Below the pieces are notes generated by a model. It had not been told where the DNA came from and made no database searches. It saw only the letters and a program-made list of their open reading frames with translations. Below, piece after piece: positions 55,698 to 64,000 of a stretch of 64,000 nucleotides of DNA (positions are counted from its first letter, which is position 1; every line of letters begins with the position of its first letter). The position numbers and the translations under genes were made by a program. This DNA is from an uncultured Enterobacteriaceae bacterium. GTDB taxonomy: Bacteria > Pseudomonadota > Gammaproteobacteria > Burkholderiales > SG8-39. The stretch is taken from assembly GCA_964461055.1 (NCBI GenBank), contig CAYWSG010000005.1, forward strand, positions 20,206 through 84,205. Direction: 5' to 3'.

Positions 55698-56567
55698 TCA
55701 TTTCGGCGCCTCCGGCAACGGCGGCTGGGCGCGCAGCCAGGCGACGAGGGCGTCCAGGTCGGCCGCCGAGAGCTGGCTCGTCGTGTTCTGGACGACCTCG
55801 CCCATGGTTTCGCCCAGCACGTCCCCGTCCGGGGTCAACCCATACTTCAGGACGTCCTTGAGCTCCGCGTCATCCCATTTCTTGAGGCGGGTCGGCGTAA
55901 GGTTCGACGCCACGGCCCCGTCCGGGAGCGTGGCGCCGGCCAGATAGCGGTCGTCGTCGCGAGCGCCGAGGAAGTTGCGCGGCGTATGGCATTCCCCGCA
56001 GTGGCCCAAGGCATCGGCCAGGTAGGCGCCGCGGTTGAGCTGCGCCGGGCGCGCCGGATCCGGACGCGAGGGTCCCGGCTCGAAGAAGAGCCACTTCCAC
56101 CCCGCGAGCAGAAACCGGTACGAAAACGGAAATCGGAGCTCGTGCGCGCGGCTTGGCTGAGCGCTCGCCGGAAGGCTGCGCAGGTAGGCCCAGAGATCGC
56201 GAAGGTCCTCATCGACGATCTTCGTGAAGGACGTGTACGGAAACGCGGGATAGTAGTGGCTGCCATCCGGACGCTCGCCGTTTCTCATCGCATTGATGAA
56301 GTCGCGCGCTGACCAGCGTCCGATTCCCGCAATGGGGTGCGGCGTGATATTGGGTCCGTAGAATGTGCCGAACGGCGTCTGTAAGGCGCGGCCGCCGGCG
56401 TACGGCGTCGCGTCCGGCGCGGCGGCCGTGTGACATCCGAGGCAGCCGCCCGCTTTCGCGAGATACTCGCCACGCTTCACGTCGCCCTGGCCGAGCGCAG
56501 GAAGCGCCGCGCCGAAGAGCAGCGCCAAAAGCAAAAGCCCCGCCTTGGCGGGGCTTGCGGGCGGCAT
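55698..56567 (-). CDS. Diheme class I cytochrome c (CycG-like)
   Basis: Signal peptide, CLGCH and CGECH heme motifs, GTFYGPNITP, HYYPAFPYTSF. Confidence 0.85.
   Translation of the reverse strand: MPPASPAKAGLLLLALLFGAALPALGQGDVKRGEYLAKAGGCLGCHTAAAPDATPYAGGRALQTPFGTFYGPNITPHPIAGIGRWSARDFINAMRNGERPDGSHYYPAFPYTSFTKIVDEDLRDLWAYLRSLPASAQPSRAHELRFPFSYRFLLAGWKWLFFEPGPSRPDPARPAQLNRGAYLADALGHCGECHTPRNFLGARDDDRYLAGATLPDGAVASNLTPTRLKKWDDAELKDVLKYGLTPDGDVLGETMGEVVQNTTSQLSAADLDALVAWLRAQPPLPEAPK
56527..56556 (-). terminator. Intrinsic terminator after cytochrome c', inside the 5' end of the next gene
   Basis: Minus strand AAGCCCCGC-CAAG-GCGGGGCTT followed by TTGCTTTT. Confidence 0.7.
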
Positions 56568-56574
56568 GGAAGGG

Positions 56575-57039
56575 TTACCGCTTCTCGCGGAAGTTGTCGT
56601 GGCAGCCACCGCAGGCCTTGCCGACCGCAGCGATCTGCGACTTCACCGCCGACTCGTCGCCCGACTTGCTGACCGAAGCGAGCTTGGCGACCTCGTTCTG
56701 CAGGCGTTCTGCCCCCTGCTTGAACTCCGAGGACTTCTCGAACACGGCCGGAAGCGCCGCGCTCTTCTCGCCCTTGGTGCTCTCATGGAATCCGTCCCAA
56801 GGCAATTGGGCCAGCACCTCGAGGTAGCCGGCGTTGCGCTTGACGACGTCGGCGTTGTAAGCCGCCTTTCCGCGCGCCATGGCGCCGAGCGGGCCGAAGT
56901 ACTTGCCGATCATCGTCATGGCCGCCTGCCGCTGCTTGACGAGGACCTCGGGCTTGGCCTGCGCCGCGGCGTCCAGCGCCAGCACCGCGCCGGCCGAGAA
57001 AAGCGCTACGGCCACTACCAACGTGCGTTGTTTCGTCAT
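56575..57039 (-). CDS. Cytochrome c' (class II, C-terminal heme)
   Basis: Signal peptide, VKQRQAAM, SAALPAVF, C-terminal KACGGCHDNFR. CAGGAGG SD before ATG 57039. Confidence 0.92.
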   Translation of the reverse strand: MTKQRTLVVAVALFSAGAVLALDAAAQAKPEVLVKQRQAAMTMIGKYFGPLGAMARGKAAYNADVVKRNAGYLEVLAQLPWDGFHESTKGEKSAALPAVFEKSSEFKQGAERLQNEVAKLASVSKSGDESAVKSQIAAVGKACGGCHDNFREKR

Positions 57040-57079
57040 TCTTTTGCCTCCTGAGGGATGATGGACTGCAATTTCTGCC

Positions 57080-57104
57080 AACACCGCGGGGAGGCGCCTA
57101 TTCC
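57080..57104 (-). promoter_or_regulatory. Predicted ECF target promoter of cytochrome c' (GGAATA-N16-GTT)
   Basis: Minus strand GGAATAGGCGCCTCCCCGCGGTGTT. Shares GGAATAG and TGTT with the sigma gene's promoter. Confidence 0.6.
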
Positions 57105-57107
57105 GGG

Positions 57108-57758
57108 CTAGCGCAGGCCCGCCGCGTATTCGGCGACGGCGCGCATCTCCTGCTCGCTCATGCGGGCGGCGACCCCCCGCATCATGCCCCCCGGGTCGTT
57201 TGCCCGCTCCCCGTCGCGAAAGAGCCGAAGCTGAGCGACCATGTACTCGGCGAACTGGCCCGAGAGGCGAGGGTACTGGATGGGGATTCCGGCGCCCGAC
57301 GGTCCGTGGCAGCCGGCGCAGGCGGGAACGCCGCTCTCGGGGTTGCCGCCTCGCCAGAGCTTCTGGCCGAGGAGCGCGAGGTCCTTGTCGGTCGCGAGCG
57401 CAGGATTCAGCTTCTGCCCGGCGTAGTAGCCCGCCAGGCTTTTCATCTGCGCCTCGGAGAGATTGGCGACCATGCCGTTCATCACGGCGCTCACGCGCGC
57501 GGGCTTCTTCCCGTCCTGCGCCTTGAAATCCGCCAGCTGCTTGTAGAGGTACTCGGAGAACTGCCCGGCGAGCTTGGGATTCGCCGGCGCCGTGCTGTTG
57601 CCATCGTTTCCGTGGCATGCCGCGCAAACCTGTGAAGCAATGGCCTGCGCCTTGTCGGCGTCGGACTTCGCGGCCCCGGATTTCGTTTGAGCCATGGCCT
57701 GTCCGGCGATCGTGCTCGCGATGGCGAGCGAGGCGGCGAGCGCGGCTGCGCGAATCAT
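57108..57758 (-). CDS. Cytochrome c4 (diheme)
   Basis: Signal peptide, CAACH and CAGCH, PKLAGQFSEYLYKQL, YPRLSGQ. Divergent from engB. Confidence 0.92.
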   Translation of the reverse strand: MIRAAALAASLAIASTIAGQAMAQTKSGAAKSDADKAQAIASQVCAACHGNDGNSTAPANPKLAGQFSEYLYKQLADFKAQDGKKPARVSAVMNGMVANLSEAQMKSLAGYYAGQKLNPALATDKDLALLGQKLWRGGNPESGVPACAGCHGPSGAGIPIQYPRLSGQFAEYMVAQLRLFRDGERANDPGGMMRGVAARMSEQEMRAVAEYAAGLR

Positions 57759-57816
57759 TCGTGCTCCCCCATTAGGAAAGGGCGGATTTTATTAGAATTT
57801 CCCAATTTCGGCAGCC

Positions 57817-58461
57817 ATGCGCCTTTTCTCCCAAGCGCAGTTCCTGCGCGCCGTCGGTCATTCGCGCGACCTGCCGCCGCCCGAGCTGCCCGAGATCGCC
57901 TTCGCGGGCCGCTCGAACGTCGGCAAGTCGAGCGCCATCAATGCGCTCCTCGGGCGACGCAGTCTCGCCCGCACGAGCAAGACCCCGGGCCGTACGCAGA
58001 CCATCAACTTCTACCGGCTGGGCGAGTTCGCGCACCTCGTCGACCTGCCCGGCTATGGCTTCGCGCGCGTTTCGAAGGCGCTGCGCGCCCAGTGGGGCGA
58101 GCTCGTCGGCGGCTATCTGCGCAGCCGCGCCTCGCTGGTCGGCGTCGTCGTCGTAATGGATGCGAGGCACCCCTTGACGCCCCTCGACCAGCAGCTGCTC
58201 GGCTGGCTGGAAGGCCATCGGATCCTCGTGCTGCTCTCGAAGTCCGACAAGCTCAGTCGTAGCGAGCAGGCTTCGGCGCTCGCGCACGTGCAGCGCTCGC
58301 TCGGGGCCGTGCCGGGCGCGCCACAGGCCATGCTCTTCTCGAGCGAGACACGTCACGGCGTGGACCCGCTTCGCGGCCTGCTGGAGGCCTGGCTTTCGGA
58401 GTCGAAGCCGGCTTCCGAGCAGGCGGCGGAAATAAAAATGCCCCCGGTAAAGGGGATGTAA
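57817..58461 (+). CDS. engB: Ribosome biogenesis GTPase YihA/EngB
   Basis: GRSNVGKSS, TPGRTQ, DLPGYG, SKSDK. Confidence 0.95.
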   Translation: MRLFSQAQFLRAVGHSRDLPPPELPEIAFAGRSNVGKSSAINALLGRRSLARTSKTPGRTQTINFYRLGEFAHLVDLPGYGFARVSKALRAQWGELVGGYLRSRASLVGVVVVMDARHPLTPLDQQLLGWLEGHRILVLLSKSDKLSRSEQASALAHVQRSLGAVPGAPQAMLFSSETRHGVDPLRGLLEAWLSESKPASEQAAEIKMPPVKGM

Positions 58462-58540
58462 ACCGGGGGCAAAAACGCCTTAACTTGGGATTAAGGCACC
58501 CGCTCAGGGAGGAGAAGCGGGAGACGATCAAGTCGTCTGC
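58432..58540 (-). ncRNA. Candidate structured sRNA, anti-hemB-like (four hairpins, last is a terminator)
   Basis: Stems at 58522-58538, 58499-58521, 58477-58497 and 58440-58470. The U-tract follows the last stem only on the minus strand. Located upstream of and antisense to hemB. Confidence 0.7.
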
Positions 58541-58547
58541 AGAGTAA

Positions 58548-59594
<1,047 letters not shown>

Positions 59595-59607
59595 GACGCA
59601 GCGACGA

Positions 59608-61422
59608 CTAGGGCGCCTTGGCGCGAGCCAGCGTCTTGAGGAATCGATCCGCGTTCTGGTAGCCGATCACCCGCAGCCCCTTGATTTCGCGGCCGCGCTC
59701 GTCGAAGAAGATGATCCCCGGCGGGCCGAAAAGCGAAAAGCGCCGCAATAGCGCCTTGTGCGCTTCCGTATTCCCCGTGACGTCTGCCTGGAGCAGCAGC
59801 ATCTCGTTCATTTGCGCGCGCACGCGGGGATCGGAGAAGGTGAAGTGCTCCATCTCCTTGCAGGAGACGCACCAGTCGGCATAGAAGTCGAGCATCGCCA
59901 CCTTGCCGGGCGCCACGAGCCGCTCGTCGAGCTCGACCGGCGAGGAGACGTGCACCCACGGCACGGGCGCCTCCACCACCGAAGCGCCGCCCATCACGCC
60001 GGCGAGCGGCCGGAGCGGGTCGCGGCTTCCCCCCAGCGCGCCTACGAGGAGGGCGACCCCGTACACGAGCGCCACGATGCCGAGCGCCTTCCACAGGCGC
60101 GCCCAACCGCCCGCGCCGGAGCCAAGCCGGTCGAGCGCGCCGAGGAAAACCGCGGAGCCGATGAACAGCGCCGCCCAGGCGGCCATCTGCAGCGCCGGCG
60201 GCAGAACGGGCGAGGCGATCCAGATGGCCACGCCGAGGAGCAGCACGCCGAAGAACTTCTTGATGCCGTTCATCCATGGACCGGCTTTGGGAATCAGCGC
60301 CCCTTGCGACACGCCGACCGCGATGAGCGGGATTCCCATGCCGATCGCCATCGAAAAGAGCGCGGTGCCACCGAGCGCGACATCCCGCGTCTGCGAGATG
60401 TAGAGGAGGGCGCCCGCGAGCGGCGCGGCGACGCACGGGCTGACGATCACGGCGGAGAGCACGCCCATCGCCGCGACGGAGGCCACGCGGCCGCCGCGCA
60501 ATCCTCGATGAGCCGAGTCGAGCCGCGTCTGCAGGAAGCTCGGCAGCCGCAGCTCGTAGAGGCCGAACATCGAGAGGGCCAGGAGCACGAACACGAGCGC
60601 GAAGGCGCCGAGCACCCACGCGTTCTGCAGGGCGGCGGCGAGGAGCGAGCCCGAGAACGCGGCCGCGACGCCGGCGGCCGCGTAGGCCACCGCCATGCCG
60701 AGCACGTACGCGAGGGAAAGCGCGAGCGCTCGCGGCTTGTCGAGCCGGCGCCCCTCGCCCGCGATGATGCTCGAGAGAATGGGGATCATGGGCAGCACGC
60801 AAGGCGTGAAGGCAAGCAGCACGCCGAAGGCGAGGAAGCTCGCCACCACCAGAGCGACGTTCCCCTCGAAGAGCCGGGCGATCTCGAGGTCGGTGGCGAA
60901 AAGCGAGAAGCGCGGCCCGGCTTCCACGCTGCGCGGCCCCTCGGAAATCGCCGGCCCGGCGGGCCCATCGGCGGCTGCGCCGGCCATGACGACCCTGGCC
61001 TTCGAGTCCATGGGGACGTAGCACACGCCCGCGTCGGCACACCCCTGGGAGGTCACCACCAGGGCGAGCGTCTCGCCCTCGGAGGCGCCTTCTACCGGCA
61101 CGTGGATGCGCACCTCGTTGCGGTAGGTCTCCGTCTCGCCGAAGAACTCGTCCTTGTGACGCTCGCCCGGTGGAAACTTCGGCGAGCCCAGACGCACGCC
61201 GGCGGGCCCTTCCAGCTCGAAGCGGAAGCGCTCGCGGTACATGTAGTAGCCCTTGGCGATTGCGTATCGCACCTCCAGGGCGCCCGCGTCGACGGCGCGC
61301 GCGGAAAACTGGAACGCCTGCTCCGGAGGAAGCAGGTCGTCGGCGCCCGTGCCGAGGTTGAGCTGCGCCGACGCGGGAAGCGCGGCGAGCAGCCCGAGAA
61401 AAAGCGCGAGGATCCGGATCAC
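59608..61422 (-). CDS. dsbD: Thiol:disulfide interchange protein DsbD
   Basis: QGCADAGVCY, FTPCVLPM, SPCVAAPL, DFYADWCVSCKEME. Confidence 0.95.
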   Translation of the reverse strand: MIRILALFLGLLAALPASAQLNLGTGADDLLPPEQAFQFSARAVDAGALEVRYAIAKGYYMYRERFRFELEGPAGVRLGSPKFPPGERHKDEFFGETETYRNEVRIHVPVEGASEGETLALVVTSQGCADAGVCYVPMDSKARVVMAGAAADGPAGPAISEGPRSVEAGPRFSLFATDLEIARLFEGNVALVVASFLAFGVLLAFTPCVLPMIPILSSIIAGEGRRLDKPRALALSLAYVLGMAVAYAAAGVAAAFSGSLLAAALQNAWVLGAFALVFVLLALSMFGLYELRLPSFLQTRLDSAHRGLRGGRVASVAAMGVLSAVIVSPCVAAPLAGALLYISQTRDVALGGTALFSMAIGMGIPLIAVGVSQGALIPKAGPWMNGIKKFFGVLLLGVAIWIASPVLPPALQMAAWAALFIGSAVFLGALDRLGSGAGGWARLWKALGIVALVYGVALLVGALGGSRDPLRPLAGVMGGASVVEAPVPWVHVSSPVELDERLVAPGKVAMLDFYADWCVSCKEMEHFTFSDPRVRAQMNEMLLLQADVTGNTEAHKALLRRFSLFGPPGIIFFDERGREIKGLRVIGYQNADRFLKTLARAKAP

Positions 61423-61736
61423 GGCTTGGCTTCTTGTGCCACCCAGTCGAGGTACGCGGGCAGGCCGCGCTCGATTGGGACCGCAATAATCTCGGGAAGT
61501 TCGTAGGGGTGAATCGAGCGGATGAGCTCTTCAAGCGACGGGTAAGCCTCGCGCGTCGTCTTGGCGAGCACGGGGTGCTCCTCCTCGCTTTGCAGCGCGC
61601 CTTCCCAGCGGTAGAGCGAGCGGCACGGGGCGAGGATATTGACGCAGGCCGCCGCGCGGCGCTCGAGCAGCGCGTGGGCAAGCTTCTCGGCACTCGCGCG
61701 ATCGGGCAGGTTGGTGAAGACGAGGAGAGCGCTCAT
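61419..61736 (-). CDS. cutA: Divalent-cation tolerance protein CutA
   Basis: RRAAACVNI, SLYRWEG, HPYELPEIIAVP, YLDWV. Confidence 0.95.
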   Translation of the reverse strand: MSALLVFTNLPDRASAEKLAHALLERRAAACVNILAPCRSLYRWEGALQSEEEHPVLAKTTREAYPSLEELIRSIHPYELPEIIAVPIERGLPAYLDWVAQEAKP

Positions 61737-61802
61737 GAAGGATCCTGCAGCGGTCGGGTAAAATCGCGCGCTCTTCGCACGATCCCGGGTATTTTAGCGA
61801 AC

Positions 61803-62855
61803 ATGCACAGGGTGACCCTGCAGCCCAGCGGGCTGCAATTCGACGTCGAGGATGGCGAGACGGTCCTCGCCGCGGCGCTCCGGCACGGCTTCGTCCTGCC
61901 CTACGGCTGCAAGAATGGCGCGTGCGGCAGCTGCAAGGGGACGCTCGTTTCCGGCGAGCTCGACTACGGCGTCTACCAGAAAAAGGCGCTCCCGGACGAG
62001 GAGCGGCTGCGGGGCAAGGCGCTTTTCTGCCAGGCGAAGCCGCTCTCCGACATCACGGTCGAGGCGCGCACGGTCGGCGCGGCGAAGGACATCCAGGTGA
62101 AGACGCTGCCGTGCCGCATCCAGCGCATGCAGCGCCTCGCCGACGACGTCATGGTCCTGCATCTCAAGCTGCCGGCGAACGAGCGACTGCAGTTCCTCGC
62201 CGGGCAGTACATCGAGTTCCTGCTGAGGGACGGCTCACGGCGCAGCTTCTCGATGGCCAACCCGCCGCACGACGACGAGCTGATCGAGCTTCACGTGCGG
62301 CACGTCGCCGGCGGACAGTTCACCGATCACGTCTTCGGCAAGATGAAGGAGCGCGACATCCTTCGCTTCGAGGGTCCGCTCGGCACGTTCTTCCTGCGCG
62401 AAGACAGCGACAAGCCGATCGTGTTCGTCGCTTCGGGGACGGGCTTTGCCCCCATCAAGGCGGTGCTCGAGCACGCGTTCCACAAGGGCCTCACCCGGCC
62501 GATGGTCCTCTACTGGGGAGGGCGCCGGCCCAAGGATCTCTACCTGCACGCGCTCGCCGAGCGCTGGGCGGCCGAGCATGAGCGATTCCGGTATGTGCCG
62601 GTCATCTCCGACGCGCTGCCGGAGGATGCCTGGACCGGCCGCACCGGCTTCGTGCACCGTGCCGTGATGGAGGATTTCCCGGACCTTTCCGGGCACCAGG
62701 TGTACGCCTGCGGCGTGCCCGTCATGGTGGATAGCGCCCGGCGGGATTTCGTGCAGCAGTGCCGCCTGCCGGAGACCGAGTTCTACGCGGACAGCTTCAC
62801 CACGCAGGCGGATCTCGCCGCGCCGGCTCAGCCGGCGGTCGTCTCGCCGAGATAG
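61803..62855 (+). CDS. 2Fe-2S/FAD/NAD reductase (CDP-6-deoxy-delta-3,4-glucoseen reductase-like)
   Basis: YGCKNGACGSCK, RRSFSMAN, GPLGTF, ASGTGFAP, YACGVP. Start taken at ATG 61803. Confidence 0.9.
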   Translation: MHRVTLQPSGLQFDVEDGETVLAAALRHGFVLPYGCKNGACGSCKGTLVSGELDYGVYQKKALPDEERLRGKALFCQAKPLSDITVEARTVGAAKDIQVKTLPCRIQRMQRLADDVMVLHLKLPANERLQFLAGQYIEFLLRDGSRRSFSMANPPHDDELIELHVRHVAGGQFTDHVFGKMKERDILRFEGPLGTFFLREDSDKPIVFVASGTGFAPIKAVLEHAFHKGLTRPMVLYWGGRRPKDLYLHALAERWAAEHERFRYVPVISDALPEDAWTGRTGFVHRAVMEDFPDLSGHQVYACGVPVMVDSARRDFVQQCRLPETEFYADSFTTQADLAAPAQPAVVSPR

Positions 62856-63535
62856 GCTTCGCGCACCCGGGCGTCCGAGAGCAGCGCCTTCGCCTCGCCC
62901 GAAAGCGTGACCAGACCCGACTCCATGACGTAGCCGCGCGCCGCGGCCTCGAGCGCGAGCTTCGCGTTCTGCTCGACGAGCAGGATCGTCACGCCTTCGC
63001 GCGCCACCTCGGCGATGGTCTCGAAGATCTTCGACACCATGAGCGGCGCGAGCCCCATCGAAGGCTCGTCCAGCAGCAGGAGCTTCGGCTGCGCCATGAG
63101 CGCGCGCGCCATCGCGAGCATCTGTTGCTCGCCGCCCGAGAGCGTTCCGGCGACCTGGTGGCGGCGCTCGCGCAGCCGCGGGAATCGCTCGTACTGCGCC
63201 TCTGCGTGAGCGCTGCCGCCGCGCGCATAGGCTCCCATGGCGAGGTTCTCGGCGACCGTCAGGCGCGGAAAGATGCCCCGGCCCTCGGGCACCATCACCA
63301 GGCCGCGGCGCGGCAGCTCGTGAACGCGGGCCGAGCGGATGTCCTCGCCGTCGAAGCGGAGCGTTTCGGCGGCCGCCGGAAGCAGGCGCGCGATCGCCTT
63401 CAGCGTGGAGGTCTTTCCGGCGCCGTTGGCGCCGATCAGGCATACGAGCTCCCCGGCGCCTACCTCGAGATCCACGCCCTTGACCGCCTGGATGCCGCCG
63501 TAGCGGACCTTGAGGCCGCGCACTTCAAGCAGCAT
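62828..63535 (-). CDS. livF: Branched-chain amino acid ABC ATP-binding protein
   Basis: GANGAGKTS, TLSGGEQQMLAMARALM, LDEPSMGLAP, VEQN. Confidence 0.9.
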   Translation of the reverse strand: MLLEVRGLKVRYGGIQAVKGVDLEVGAGELVCLIGANGAGKTSTLKAIARLLPAAAETLRFDGEDIRSARVHELPRRGLVMVPEGRGIFPRLTVAENLAMGAYARGGSAHAEAQYERFPRLRERRHQVAGTLSGGEQQMLAMARALMAQPKLLLLDEPSMGLAPLMVSKIFETIAEVAREGVTILLVEQNAKLALEAAARGYVMESGLVTLSGEAKALLSDARVREAYLGETTAG

Positions 63536-64000
63536 GCGCCACTCCCAGGTAGGCCTCGATGACTTTCGGGTCGCGCTGCACTTCGGCCGGACGGCCTTCG
63601 GCGATCTTGCGGCCGTAGTCGAGAACCATGACCCGGTCGCACAGGTTCATGACGAGGCGCACGTCGTGCTCGATGAGGAGCACGGTGACGCCCGTGTCCC
63701 GGATGGCCCGCACGAGCTTGCCGAGGGCCACCCGCTCGGTCGGGTTCATGCCGGCGGCCGGCTCGTCCAGGGCGAGAAGCCTGGGCTCCGTGGCGAGGGC
63801 CCGGGCGATCTCCAGCCGCCGCTGGTCGCCGTAGGGAAGGCTGCCCGCCGCGTCGTTCGCGCGGCTCCGGATGCCGACGAAGTCGAGCAGCTCGAGCGCC
63901 CTCTCCACGATCGCCCGCTCTTCGTCGAGCGTCCGCCGGTTGCGCAGGATGGCGCCGAGCACGCCCGCGCGCGTGCGCACGTGCCGTCCGATCATGACGT
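63525..64000 (-). CDS. livG: Branched-chain amino acid ABC ATP-binding protein (5' end outside window)
   Basis: LPYGDQRRLEIARALAT, LDEPAAG, IEHDV, VIEAYLG. Confidence 0.88.
   Translation of the reverse strand, partial: VMIGRHVRTRAGVLGAILRNRRTLDEERAIVERALELLDFVGIRSRANDAAGSLPYGDQRRLEIARALATEPRLLALDEPAAGMNPTERVALGKLVRAIRDTGVTVLLIEHDVRLVMNLCDRVMVLDYGRKIAEGRPAEVQRDPKVIEAYLGVAHAA

Noticed and set aside
57067-57081. TTGGCAGAAATTGCA as a sigma54 promoter for cytochrome c'
   Set aside because: Only 8 nt separate GG and GC, and sigma54 needs 10.

Overview
A GC-rich (about 70% by eye) chromosomal window that looks betaproteobacterial, judging from pilMNOPQ-aroK-aroB-gltBD, cyaY/lptM-lysA, cytochrome c4/engB-hemB and dsbD-cutA. 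I found no rRNA, tRNA, CRISPR array or mobile element. Left third: acyl-CoA metabolism, with an MBL hydrolase coupled to a class I PHA synthase, liuR, and a leucine/isovalerate (liu) operon carrying three hot-dog thioesterases. It continues with a doubly deleted crotonase remnant, a Crp-family regulator divergent from a CoA-ligase/ABC-importer/CoA-ligase operon, and icmF under a second LiuR-type operator. Middle: ugpBAEC, glmUS, gltBD, aroKB, type IV pilus genes and PBP1A. Right: lptM-lysA, an NYN/Mug/isochorismatase trio, an ECF26-type sigma/anti-sigma pair beside cytochrome c' and a diheme cytochrome c, then c4, engB, hemB, dsbD and liv genes. The most interesting signals are non-coding: (1) a four-hairpin, terminator-ended, C-rich-loop sRNA on the minus strand between engB and hemB (anti-hemB-like); (2) matching GGAATAG...TGTT promoters that predict an ECF26 regulon of cytochromes, with a terminator inside a signal-peptide coding region; (3) a TTGTCA-N6-TGACAA operator that fits a Glu-to-Gln change in the Crp recognition helix; (4) two LiuR operator/promoters of identical architecture; (5) repeated -10 boxes only 6-10 nt upstream of start codons, suggesting leaderless mRNAs. 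All family assignments come from motif recognition by eye; no database searches were run.
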